From Bacteriovoracia bacterium (lineage in GTDB: Bacteria; Bdellovibrionota; UBA1018; JBFWNL01): a stretch of 64,000 bases of DNA. Positions 1 through 7,729 of this stretch are shown piece after piece. Both the position numbers and the translations under genes were made by a program. The first letter of the stretch is position 1, and the number at the start of each line of letters is the position of its first letter. Under the pieces are notes generated by a model, which ran no database searches, was not told where the DNA came from, and saw only the letters and a list, made by a program, of their open reading frames with translations. The stretch lies in contig JBFWNL010000002.1 in assembly GCA_050251055.1 (NCBI GenBank), positions 192,001-256,000 of the forward strand, read 5' to 3'.

Positions 1-95
1 GTTCTCGAAGCGAGAGAAACGCGCGGTAAGTCGTCAAAATACTAGAAGACTCTGTATTGAACTCCGCCTCGGTTAGTGGAGGCACTGAAACAACC

Positions 96-317
96 CTAAG
101 TCCTTTCCCTAAGGAGATCGGCCACACTCATGTTCAATCCTTCTGCAATTGCCAGTAAGGTAGAATAGCGGGGATCTTTTTTTCCCTTTTCGATATCGGA
201 CAGATTCCCCTTTGAGAGATCCATCTCATAAGCGAGTTTCTCTAAGGTAATCCCACGCTTGCGTCGCAATAAAGAGATTCTTTCGCCTAGCTTTAGCAGG
301 GCCGGTCTGGATTTCAC
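96..317 (-). CDS. XRE-family HTH transcriptional regulator (controller/repressor-like)
   Basis: LGERISLLRRKRGITLEKLA...SKGNLSDIEKGKKDP is a typical HTH_3 pattern; GTG start 7 nt after TAGCCT. Confidence 0.85.
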   Translation of the reverse strand: MKSRPALLKLGERISLLRRKRGITLEKLAYEMDLSKGNLSDIEKGKKDPRYSTLLAIAEGLNMSVADLLRERT

Positions 318-350
318 TCATTCAAGGCTACGCATCGAGCTTGCAAAGTA

Positions 351-383
351 GTTCGCTATAGCGAACAATTCGTTATAGCGAAC
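351..383. promoter_or_regulatory. Two tandem 16-bp palindromic operators between the XRE gene and the divergent ORF
   Basis: GTTCGCTATAGCGAAC (351-366, perfect palindrome) and ATTCGTTATAGCGAAC (368-383). Confidence 0.7.
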
Positions 384-445
384 TCAGGCTCTATGGCGTA
401 TTCCAGCCATTTGAATTCCGGACTCTCATAAAGAGGAGGCACGAA

Positions 446-958
446 TTGTTAGGTCTAATTGGGACTCTTGCGATACTTGGCGGAGCAGCGCTTCTTTTCT
501 TCTCAGCAATACTCTTGTTATTCAAAAGAGAAAGCCGTTATCCAAAACGCTTAGCATTGCTTGGTTTCGTTACATTGCTCGCTGGGGCCATCTCAGTAGG
601 TCTAGAAAAAGACACTCGTCAGCCAAAGGCGCTAAGCATTGAGGAGTGGAAGCAACATCGAGAGTACATCGAATCGTTTTCTAAGCGCGTATTCGTAAGC
701 TTAACCGCTCATGAGATGTACGAAAAGGCGAATGAGTACCTATCAGACCCTTACATCAAATCATGCAGGTACGGTGGGTGCGCAGAGTTTCGTCAAATGC
801 TACGTGAAATCATGGATGCAACAGAAGACGGCAGAATTTCTCCAAAAGAAGTCGGTGCAAATAAAGGCTTGGGGAAATTCGTAAAAGACGCGCTAGATAA
901 AGGAGAGAAAGACATAAACAAAAGCATTAAACCTGCGCCCCGTCCTGATGGGAAATAG
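446..958 (+). CDS. Hypothetical membrane protein (two N-terminal TM helices)
   Basis: GAGGAGG RBS before TTG; two hydrophobic segments, then a soluble domain with CRYGGC. Confidence 0.65.
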   Translation: MLGLIGTLAILGGAALLFFSAILLLFKRESRYPKRLALLGFVTLLAGAISVGLEKDTRQPKALSIEEWKQHREYIESFSKRVFVSLTAHEMYEKANEYLSDPYIKSCRYGGCAEFRQMLREIMDATEDGRISPKEVGANKGLGKFVKDALDKGEKDINKSIKPAPRPDGK

Positions 959-1247
959 ATTCTTTGTAATCTACAGCATACTTCACCAAATCAGTAAAAC
1001 TCTCAATCAGAGGCAAGCGATCACCTACATCAAATTCGATAGCCTTGCGCTTGGGGTAAATGTATCCCAGCAGCTGGACCAATAGATTCGCCTGCTCCTT
1101 CGGTGACAATTGAGGCAATAAATCACAAATCCTCGAAACCGGTTCAACTCCCCCTGCTCGCAATGCCTCTACCAGGAGATGTGTTTTTTTATTAGGAACC
1201 CCTTTTCTACGTCCTCCGGTTTTAGGGAGCCCCGCTGGCCTGCTCAT
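927..1247 (-). CDS. Phage terminase small subunit-like protein
   Basis: N-terminal KTGGRRKGVPNKKT motif resembling TerS-like/DUF5681-type phage proteins; ~100 aa, helical. Confidence 0.55.
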   Translation of the reverse strand: MSRPAGLPKTGGRRKGVPNKKTHLLVEALRAGGVEPVSRICDLLPQLSPKEQANLLVQLLGYIYPKRKAIEFDVGDRLPLIESFTDLVKYAVDYKESISHQDGAQV

Positions 1248-1359
1248 TTCCTCTATTCCCTTCTACTTTAGATACGGGCATCCAATCGGACATTGCATCG
1301 CGGCCAAGTAGCAATTCCCACACCTCCAACCCACCTAAAGGTCCGCCACGCACCCAGAT

Positions 1360-1408
1360 ATTTATAAACTATATTAATTTATTATATAAATTAATATAGT
1401 TTATAAAT
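1360..1408. repeat. Perfect 23-bp AT-rich inverted repeat with 3-nt loop
   Basis: ATTTATAAACTATATTAATTTAT-TAT-ATAAATTAATATAGTTTATAAAT. Confidence 0.95.
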
Positions 1409-1573
1409 CTAATCATCCACAAACTCAACGCGTTGTTCTTGCACGATGATTTCAATATATAAAAGTGGATCAAAACCATTTAGTATAATATTATACGATA
1501 TGCTACATAAAATTGAAATTTATGTCGTATATTGGTACAAGTGGTTCCCGGTGGCTGCATATATGGAAGATGC

Positions 1574-2008
1574 ATGCTTCAGGGGGACAGTTTGGAAGAA
1601 GATCCTAACCACGATTTTTCGGCCTTCGAGAAGGCATGTCAAAGCCATCCCGAAACCGTGGTTGTTCCCGATGATACGGAAAGCGACGCAAGGAGACATT
1701 TCCGCATCAACAACTCAGACGACCTACTAGCCTTTATTGGGCGAGGCGGTTTGAAGGACCATAAATTCGTCAAACGAGACACTTGGCGTTTTGGAAAGGA
1801 AGCTTATGGTGTCGAAGTCAATTTGGATATTTATGACTTCTGGGAAGGGGAAAAGTTTGGTTACCTGTCCCTTGGACGCCATCCGGAGAACAGCATGTGG
1901 GTAATCAAATCCTTTCACGAAAATACAAACCCGAACCCAAGAGCCAAACCTGTTTTCAAGGTCACAAAGAGGATTGTTTTTAAAAAAGGCGTACCCCATG
2001 AAGAATAG
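1574..2008 (+). CDS. MqsR/RelE-fold toxin-like protein (start could be 1532)
   Basis: Size, DIYDF...GYLSL...WVIKSFH C-terminal strands like MqsR; overlaps a Zn-ribbon-HTH gene. Confidence 0.55.
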   Translation: MLQGDSLEEDPNHDFSAFEKACQSHPETVVVPDDTESDARRHFRINNSDDLLAFIGRGGLKDHKFVKRDTWRFGKEAYGVEVNLDIYDFWEGEKFGYLSLGRHPENSMWVIKSFHENTNPNPRAKPVFKVTKRIVFKKGVPHEE

Positions 2009-2576
2009 TTGCCAATTTTGCGGCTCAGCCGAAACAGAAATTCTATCCGTCGAGAAAGAAGGCGCGCTTCCTGATAATACTGCTTTTAAATATCACGCTC
2101 AGGTGTTGCGCTGTTCTAATTGCCAATTAAAAGTCCCAGTCAAGCAATCAAGCGACGCGGAATATGATCAAGCTTACGTGCAAGCACAAGCTGAGAGTGT
2201 TGAAAAAATAAGCGAAAGACTGTCCGAAGTAGGATTAACAATGGCATCTATTGAGCGCAGTTTCGGGATCCCTCAGCGCACGATTATGAGATGGAAATCC
2301 AAAGGTTGCTCCGCCGCTGGCTTTTCTTTGATGCACCTTCTTAATGTGTACCCCTGGCTGACTAAAATCGCTGATCATAACTACGACCCTCGATTTGCTT
2401 CTAAAGAAGTACTTCGACAAGCTGCGGAAATATACAATGGACCGAGCTCTATTGAGGTCGCGGAGCATCAATTACTCGGATCACCAAGCATTAGCCTGAA
2501 CGAAAGGCATCTCCGACTTGTACCTAAGAGTAATTCTTCAGAAGATCCGCAAATATACCAAGTGGGGAGCGGATGA
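1998..2576 (+). CDS. MqsA-like antitoxin (Zn ribbon + HTH) with C-terminal extension
   Basis: CQFC...CSNC zinc ribbon followed by HTH (LTMASIERSFGIPQRTIMRW) and a ~50-aa tail. Confidence 0.7.
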   Translation: MKNSCQFCGSAETEILSVEKEGALPDNTAFKYHAQVLRCSNCQLKVPVKQSSDAEYDQAYVQAQAESVEKISERLSEVGLTMASIERSFGIPQRTIMRWKSKGCSAAGFSLMHLLNVYPWLTKIADHNYDPRFASKEVLRQAAEIYNGPSSIEVAEHQLLGSPSISLNERHLRLVPKSNSSEDPQIYQVGSG

Positions 2577-3010
2577 AGGTCACAAACATAATATTCTGCG
2601 ACGATATCCGGCGAGAGATCAATAACAAGCACACTCTCGTTGGCTGTTATTCAGATCGTATTCTCATTACACCACGCAACGGGGATATGAAATGGCCGGT
2701 GGCTGTAAAACTTGGGATCTTTATTACTCTCATACGCGAGTCAGATGACCCCAAGTTCAACACCTTTGCTTTAGAGTTTTTCGACTCAGAAGAATCTCTA
2801 GCAAAAGTCGAAGGAAATCTAGACGGCTTAGACCAGGGTCGCCCCATCAACATTATGTTTGTCTTACCGCTGGTATTTAAACGTCCAGGTCCTTTAAGTG
2901 GGAAGTTTGATTTTTCGGAGAAAGACGGAGTTACTATTACACTAAAGCCCGAACTTAACTTCCGACTCGAAATCGCGAAACCCGCTCAACAGCTAAATCC
3001 AACAGTATAA
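2573..3010 (+). CDS. DUF6941-like beta-sandwich protein
   Basis: IFCDDIRREINNKHTLVG N-terminus and F..PG motif; ATGA overlap with the antitoxin. Confidence 0.6.
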   Translation: MKVTNIIFCDDIRREINNKHTLVGCYSDRILITPRNGDMKWPVAVKLGIFITLIRESDDPKFNTFALEFFDSEESLAKVEGNLDGLDQGRPINIMFVLPLVFKRPGPLSGKFDFSEKDGVTITLKPELNFRLEIAKPAQQLNPTV

Positions 3011-3077
3011 AGCCTTCAACCAGCCTCCTGAAACAATAGTGGAAGAAGACGAGCTCTAGAGTGAGGAATGCCCCGGT

Positions 3078-3968
3078 TTGAGTACAGACAGCACCGAAGT
3101 AGAATTCGGAGAAACACCAGAATGGAAGCAATTTGCCAGCAAGTGGACCATTCCGGACGAAATATCGCCAGACCTCTTACTGTATCATTACACAAGCACA
3201 GGGGCCGCGAATTCCATGTTTCTATCTAAGCAGTTTTGGGCAACCTACGCAAAACACTCAAATGACTCTACCGAATTTTCTCATGGAATAGATTTATTTA
3301 TCGAGGAGATTAAAGCATTTCAATTCTGCTTTGTATCGCCAAACAATAGAGACCTTATAGAAGAGCTGATAGGGTTCTTAACTGAGGAGAAAACATCTCC
3401 AAAAATTAAGCCTTTCATTTTTTGCCTTTCAGAGCTGGGCGATTTACTAAGCCAATGGCGTGGCTACACACCAAATAGCTCCGGTGTGGCGATCGGTTTT
3501 CAATGCAAAGAACTTGAATTTGATGAATTTCATACATTAAAAAAAGTGGTGTACGACGACGGGACAAAAAGACAAAGGGCCCGATCAATCATTCAAGAGT
3601 TTGACAAACTAGTTCAAGGCGAACTCGCTAAGTTCGGAAACCACATATCTCCTCCGCACGGCCGCAGTCTTTTTTTTAAGCTATTGCAGGCAATATATGT
3701 TCAAGCGGCATGCTTTAAACACGAGGCATTCAACGAAGAAAAAGAATGGAGGATTGTTATTTATTGCGCTGACAAGAGTCAAATACTTAGCCGAAATCGG
3801 GGAATCGATCTTGTTCTATACACAACATGGGATTTCAAGGCTTCAGCAGTTGCGAGTGTCGTTTGTGGCCCTAAATGCAGTTCTTCCACAAATGAAACTC
3901 TTGAATCCCTTGTAGATAAGAAACAATTTAACTTCAAAATCGCAAGATCATCGATTCCATTTCAGTAA
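3078..3968 (+). CDS. DUF2971 domain protein
   Basis: LYHYTS, ND..EF..G, FCLSE.GDLLSQWRGY, GVAIGF, FKHEAFNEEKEWR motifs. Confidence 0.85.
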   Translation: MSTDSTEVEFGETPEWKQFASKWTIPDEISPDLLLYHYTSTGAANSMFLSKQFWATYAKHSNDSTEFSHGIDLFIEEIKAFQFCFVSPNNRDLIEELIGFLTEEKTSPKIKPFIFCLSELGDLLSQWRGYTPNSSGVAIGFQCKELEFDEFHTLKKVVYDDGTKRQRARSIIQEFDKLVQGELAKFGNHISPPHGRSLFFKLLQAIYVQAACFKHEAFNEEKEWRIVIYCADKSQILSRNRGIDLVLYTTWDFKASAVASVVCGPKCSSSTNETLESLVDKKQFNFKIARSSIPFQ

Positions 3969-4016
3969 AATCACCTATCGTATGGTTTGAGCGTGCATAT
4001 CCGCACTACCAATTCA

Positions 4017-4913
4017 CTACTTCACTCCCGATGCTATCGGCTTATGTCGGACTTCAATTCCAAGTGAAAAATCTGAGAAACATCCAAAAATCTCTTCGAA
4101 TTCAGACCTATTTTGAAACAATTCCTTATAACTACGATTATGTTGATTCGCTACCCAAATGAACTTGGACTTTATATTCGAGTTCTCAGAATGCGCAATG
4201 ATTTCATCCGAGACTGCGTGTCTGTGTACCAAGTAATTTAGCTTTTCCTTAATAAACGTTTTTTCGAATGAATCGTTTGGCAAAAATTTTTCAAAATCTG
4301 AAAAAGGGAGCACAAAATCTGCCTCGCGAAATCCCTTTAAATAGTCAATGTATCTAAATCCATCTGAATCTTGGCACGTGAACTGATTAAGATACCTTAC
4401 CCAATCATCTGGAAACATGTGCTTTCCGGCAACCAGATGAAATCTATTTAGGGCACTCTCCCCCAGTATTACTCGTGGTACACGCGCAGATTTAGTCTCT
4501 AGGAGATATGCTTCTGAAAGCGCGGGACTAACCAGATAGTCATTTTTCTTAAAATAATCTCCGTAAGTTATAGCTCCACGTATCCAGACTCTAGAAAGAC
4601 TAAGGTGCGCAAGTGACCTGATTAGATCCTTCAAAAAGTGGTCGCATGCACTTTTAATGGTTATATCTGCAGCAATTATCACTGAGTCACTAATCACCGT
4701 AACTTCTGGCTTATATAGGGCACCGCTTTGGTTTGGCGTACTGAAACGAAACAGTTCCAACGCATGAATTAACTCCGATAACTTGCGTTCCTTGAGATGG
4801 TCTTTAAATCCCAGGATATCCAGGTAGGCCACAACCCGTTTTGAATATTCATGACTAACTACTTTTTGCTCTACTGACTTTTCCATACTTTCCCAGTTTC
4901 GAGGTGAAATCAC
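4017..4913 (-). CDS. Divergent class III nucleotidyl-cyclase-like protein
   Basis: YLDILGFK (Asp1), ISDS (Asp2), IRGAITYG, SPALSEAYLLE...PRVIL; GTGA overlap with the DUF4238 stop. Confidence 0.65.
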   Translation of the reverse strand: MISPRNWESMEKSVEQKVVSHEYSKRVVAYLDILGFKDHLKERKLSELIHALELFRFSTPNQSGALYKPEVTVISDSVIIAADITIKSACDHFLKDLIRSLAHLSLSRVWIRGAITYGDYFKKNDYLVSPALSEAYLLETKSARVPRVILGESALNRFHLVAGKHMFPDDWVRYLNQFTCQDSDGFRYIDYLKGFREADFVLPFSDFEKFLPNDSFEKTFIKEKLNYLVHRHAVSDEIIAHSENSNIKSKFIWVANQHNRSYKELFQNRSEFEEIFGCFSDFSLGIEVRHKPIASGVK

Positions 4914-5830
4914 TCAAATAATTGGTGATTCCTTCCATTAGGTTTTATTTGCAAAAAGTTTTTATCTCGAAAAAAAAGAAACTTACACGGAGATTTAGAG
5001 ATTTCAGCATTCAATTTTGAAACTGAATCTGCACTCAATATAGCTTTTTTTTGGCCAGGTTCAAAAGTTCCGGACAGACAGATTCTTGGACTTAGTGGAA
5101 CTATAAGTTCGTTAGACTCAGACCCAAAACCACGTCCATGCTTTATCCTCACTCGCCTTGACCAATGCACCAACACCGGCTGATCGCTTGTAATAAATTG
5201 ACCCGAAGAAGCGACGAGAATGCACCAATCACGCTTTGCCAATAATGGAGCGAGCCGGCGGGCATAGTCCAATGTCAGTGATAGAATGTAGTTCTGAGTA
5301 GTTTTGAATTTATAATGCTTAGAATTAGCAATGTCCTTAAGCTGCTCCAAATTCATCCTATTACGCTCTGGAGTATTCATTCGATCATACAAGACTTTTA
5401 GGTCCTGAGGCGTACCCTTGGCTGCAAAAGCTTGCGCCCAATCCTTAGCAGTGCGGTCGACAACCTCTGCTGCATGCTCTCTAGACAAAGGCCCCCTCAT
5501 GGCCAGAAATGCGATGAAGGTCCATAACCTAGCCAATTGCACAGGGTCCTCTGGCAGCTTCTCTTCCTGGATGATCTTTCGAAGAACTGGGGCCGCGGCT
5601 CCCTCCATAGGAGCGAGCATTTTCGTTTCAATTCCAAACTCGTCATCGATACCCTCTGATGCGTCTAGACGGTAAAAATCACGAATATGCCCTACGTTAG
5701 AGACCGAAGTCTTAAAAGATGTCTTCTTTTCCTTGCTAAAAACCTGAATTATACGGCTATCCTTCTCAGTATCTGTGAAGTTAATCAGATAGCACTCGGG
5801 CACATAGTGATGCTTTCGGGGGACAGCCAT
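4910..5830 (-). CDS. DUF4238 domain protein
   Basis: HHYVPECYLINF, FITSDQPV, PLSPRICL motifs; RBS before ATG 5830. Confidence 0.85.
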   Translation of the reverse strand: MAVPRKHHYVPECYLINFTDTEKDSRIIQVFSKEKKTSFKTSVSNVGHIRDFYRLDASEGIDDEFGIETKMLAPMEGAAAPVLRKIIQEEKLPEDPVQLARLWTFIAFLAMRGPLSREHAAEVVDRTAKDWAQAFAAKGTPQDLKVLYDRMNTPERNRMNLEQLKDIANSKHYKFKTTQNYILSLTLDYARRLAPLLAKRDWCILVASSGQFITSDQPVLVHWSRRVRIKHGRGFGSESNELIVPLSPRICLSGTFEPGQKKAILSADSVSKLNAEISKSPCKFLFFRDKNFLQIKPNGRNHQLFE

Positions 5831-5906
5831 GTTGTTCCTTATCCTACGCATTCGAGCCTATGTCTTGAGCGTTCGACTTAGGCCACTCAATTAATAGGAA
5901 GGTCAG

Positions 5907-6134
5907 ATGACTCATGTAATCAAAATAGGGACGATTATAACTTACGGTCCGAGCTCAAATGCAAAAACCCAAAAAACCGGCCATGTTACTGACGTATGGC
6001 AGCGTGGAGACGAGATTCTAATAACAGTAAAGATCAACAGCATGCCCATAGAGGAATCAAAATCCGGTTACCCAGAAAACTCTCACTCCACCTATACGGA
6101 CATCTTTGTAGAAACCCCCGCAGGGAAAAACTAA
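5907..6134 (+). CDS. Small hypothetical beta-rich protein
   Basis: AGGAAGG RBS, 75-aa ORF in a gap. Confidence 0.5.
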   Translation: MTHVIKIGTIITYGPSSNAKTQKTGHVTDVWQRGDEILITVKINSMPIEESKSGYPENSHSTYTDIFVETPAGKN

Positions 6135-6294
6135 CTAAAGCACAGCAGTCACTCTGGGGAAGCGCTGGGGAATCTAGAACCTAAAAACACCCCAAAATAA
6201 CCAATAACAACCAAGGATCCAGGCCCACCGATTTCCGCTGTGTTTTGTTTATTTTCAGTAACTTAAGTCCCATGCCTAAGTCCTGATTGGTTTA

Positions 6295-6350
6295 CTCGAA
6301 AGCGTGTGTGGGGAAACCCACCGTGAGTTCGAATCTCACTCTCTCCGCCA
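6295..6350 (+). pseudogene. 3' half of tRNA-Ser(CGA) = attR core
   Basis: Anticodon loop CTCGAAA, GCGTG, long variable arm GTGGG-GAAA-CCCAC, T arm GTGAG-TTCGAAT-CTCAC, TCTCTCC-G-CCA; no D arm or 5' acceptor strand upstream. Confidence 0.9.
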
Positions 6351-6506
6351 TCACTTTTCCTTTTTCCCGTTTTAAAAAAGACGAAGACTGGCAGGGGGAC
6401 GCGCTTCCATGCGCTCGACCCCTCAGCGCCTTCCTGGCCCGGGGACGCCCCCCGCCAGTCTTCGTCTTTTTTAAAACGGGAAAAAGGAAAAGTGATGGCG
6501 GAGAGA
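6340..6506. repeat. Perfect 53-bp inverted repeat (6340-6392 / 6454-6506) that includes the tRNA 3' end
   Basis: TCTCTCCGCCATCACTTTTCC...GAAGACTGGC and its exact reverse complement, 61-nt spacer. Confidence 0.95.
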
Positions 6507-6529
6507 TTTATGGTGAGGAGGGCAGGATG

Positions 6530-6678
6530 CCCGACTTCCTTGGAGATGTCCCGGAGCGCTGGAAGCGCGGAGGGAAATCGAACGACCGCACCTGAGCTAG
6601 ATTAAGTGATCCAGCCACCCGACTTCCTTAGAGATGTTGCGGAGGGCGGGAAGCCCGGAGCAAAATCGAACTGACCGG
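6530..6678. repeat. Two imperfect ~60-bp direct repeats with internal hairpin
   Basis: CCCGACTTCCTTrGAGATGT..CGGAG..GGAAG..GGAG..AAATCGAAC.GACCG at 6530 and 6618. Confidence 0.8.
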
Positions 6679-6686
6679 CGATCACC

Positions 6687-7277
6687 CTAGAAACTATTCG
6701 AAGGATCCTTAAGAAACTCAATCTCCTCCGCCGTGCTCACGCGGCCGAGGATCGAGTTGCGATGCGGGAAGTGCCCGAACCGCTTGATGATGTCGTGATG
6801 CTTCACCGCGAACCGTTGGTTATCGAGCATGTACTCCCGAAACTCCGCCGGCGTATCCTGCACTAGCCGGTCAAACTCCACCAGCGCACGCTCTTGAATG
6901 ATCAAGTCTTCCGCGTGTTCCAGCGGCAGCAAGAAAAACTGTCGCTCTGACCAGTGCATCTTGCGATCCATCCCTTGCGCGAGTCCCTTCAAGCAAAGCG
7001 CGCGTGCCTGCGCATCGAACGCAAACGCGCGCGGCTTGCCCCGGAAAATATGACGGGGAAATTGATCCAACACGAGGATCAAGGAAACGAACCCCTCCGG
7101 GGTGCTCTCCCAATCCGCGAGCTTCCCCGCAGCGGCGGCCTCTAACGTCGGCAGAAACTCGTCGCGGACCTTTTCGTCAATGCCCGCCGGACGCCGCCAC
7201 CAAAGGTCGCGGTTTTTCAAAGGCGAAGCCACGAGGTCTTCTCCGAACCAAAACTCATGTACGCGCTGGAAATTCAT
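6687..7277 (-). CDS. DUF924 family protein
   Basis: FWFG, LDQFPRHIFR, FFLLPLEHAE, RFGHFPHRN motifs. Confidence 0.9.
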   Translation of the reverse strand: MNFQRVHEFWFGEDLVASPLKNRDLWWRRPAGIDEKVRDEFLPTLEAAAAGKLADWESTPEGFVSLILVLDQFPRHIFRGKPRAFAFDAQARALCLKGLAQGMDRKMHWSERQFFLLPLEHAEDLIIQERALVEFDRLVQDTPAEFREYMLDNQRFAVKHHDIIKRFGHFPHRNSILGRVSTAEEIEFLKDPSNSF

Positions 7278-7403
7278 CACTATCCCTTCTACCGCTAAAC
7301 GCCCTTTTCGTATCCACCTGATACAACCCGAAAATCTCAGCTTGACGCAATGCAATATATTTACTAAAAGGGCCGTGGGTGACCCCTTTTAAACAGGGAT
7401 TGT

Positions 7404-7694
7404 ATGATTTTTCTCGGGCTCGCCCTTCTTTCAAGCCTCCTCGGAACCGACCCGTCGGCCCTCGCCGGGGAAAAAATTGAATTCGTCCTGGCTTACGATT
7501 CTCTTTCTCTCGATTCATTTCCGACCGCGGCCCTAGCCACCGAGCTCTGCAAATCCTCCGGGTATGCGGAGGCCGACTGCGTCGTCACCGATCGGCGCAT
7601 CCAAAACGGATACGACTTCTCGGTGCCGAAATCCGTGAGCGGGTACCCGCCGGAATGGATCGACACCACCGTAATTGTTCAACCTTACGAATAA
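7404..7694 (+). CDS. Small secreted hypothetical protein
   Basis: Signal-peptide-like N-terminus, Cys pair. Confidence 0.5.
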   Translation: MIFLGLALLSSLLGTDPSALAGEKIEFVLAYDSLSLDSFPTAALATELCKSSGYAEADCVVTDRRIQNGYDFSVPKSVSGYPPEWIDTTVIVQPYE

Positions 7695-7729
7695 CGAAAT
7701 CAACCCACCCAAACAGGAGACCGTTCGAC

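Larger units (their letters stand above)
1..6350. mobile_element. Right end of an integrative element / prophage-satellite-like island inserted in tRNA-Ser(CGA); left end and integrase outside window
   Basis: Visibly AT-richer than the rest of the window; ends exactly at a 3'-half tRNA copy; cargo of XRE, TerS-like, TA-like and defence-type genes. Confidence 0.8.

Noticed and set aside
1446-1999. ORFs 1446-1730 (+) and 1727-1999 (-)
   Set aside because: They overlap the better-supported toxin-like ORF and show no recognisable motifs
6264-6283. TAAGTCC direct repeat just inside attR as integrase arm sites
   Set aside because: Only 7 bp twice; plausible but unsupported without the other end of the element
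6260-6350. Complete tRNA-Ser gene
   Set aside because: Sequence upstream of the anticodon loop cannot form the anticodon stem, D arm or 5' acceptor strand; only the 3' half is present
6287-6595. 102-aa ORF across attR
   Set aside because: Translation of tRNA and inverted-repeat sequence, not protein-like
6530-6678. Mini CRISPR array
   Set aside because: Only two imperfect ~60-bp units and no cas genes; I saw no repeat-spacer array anywhere in the window
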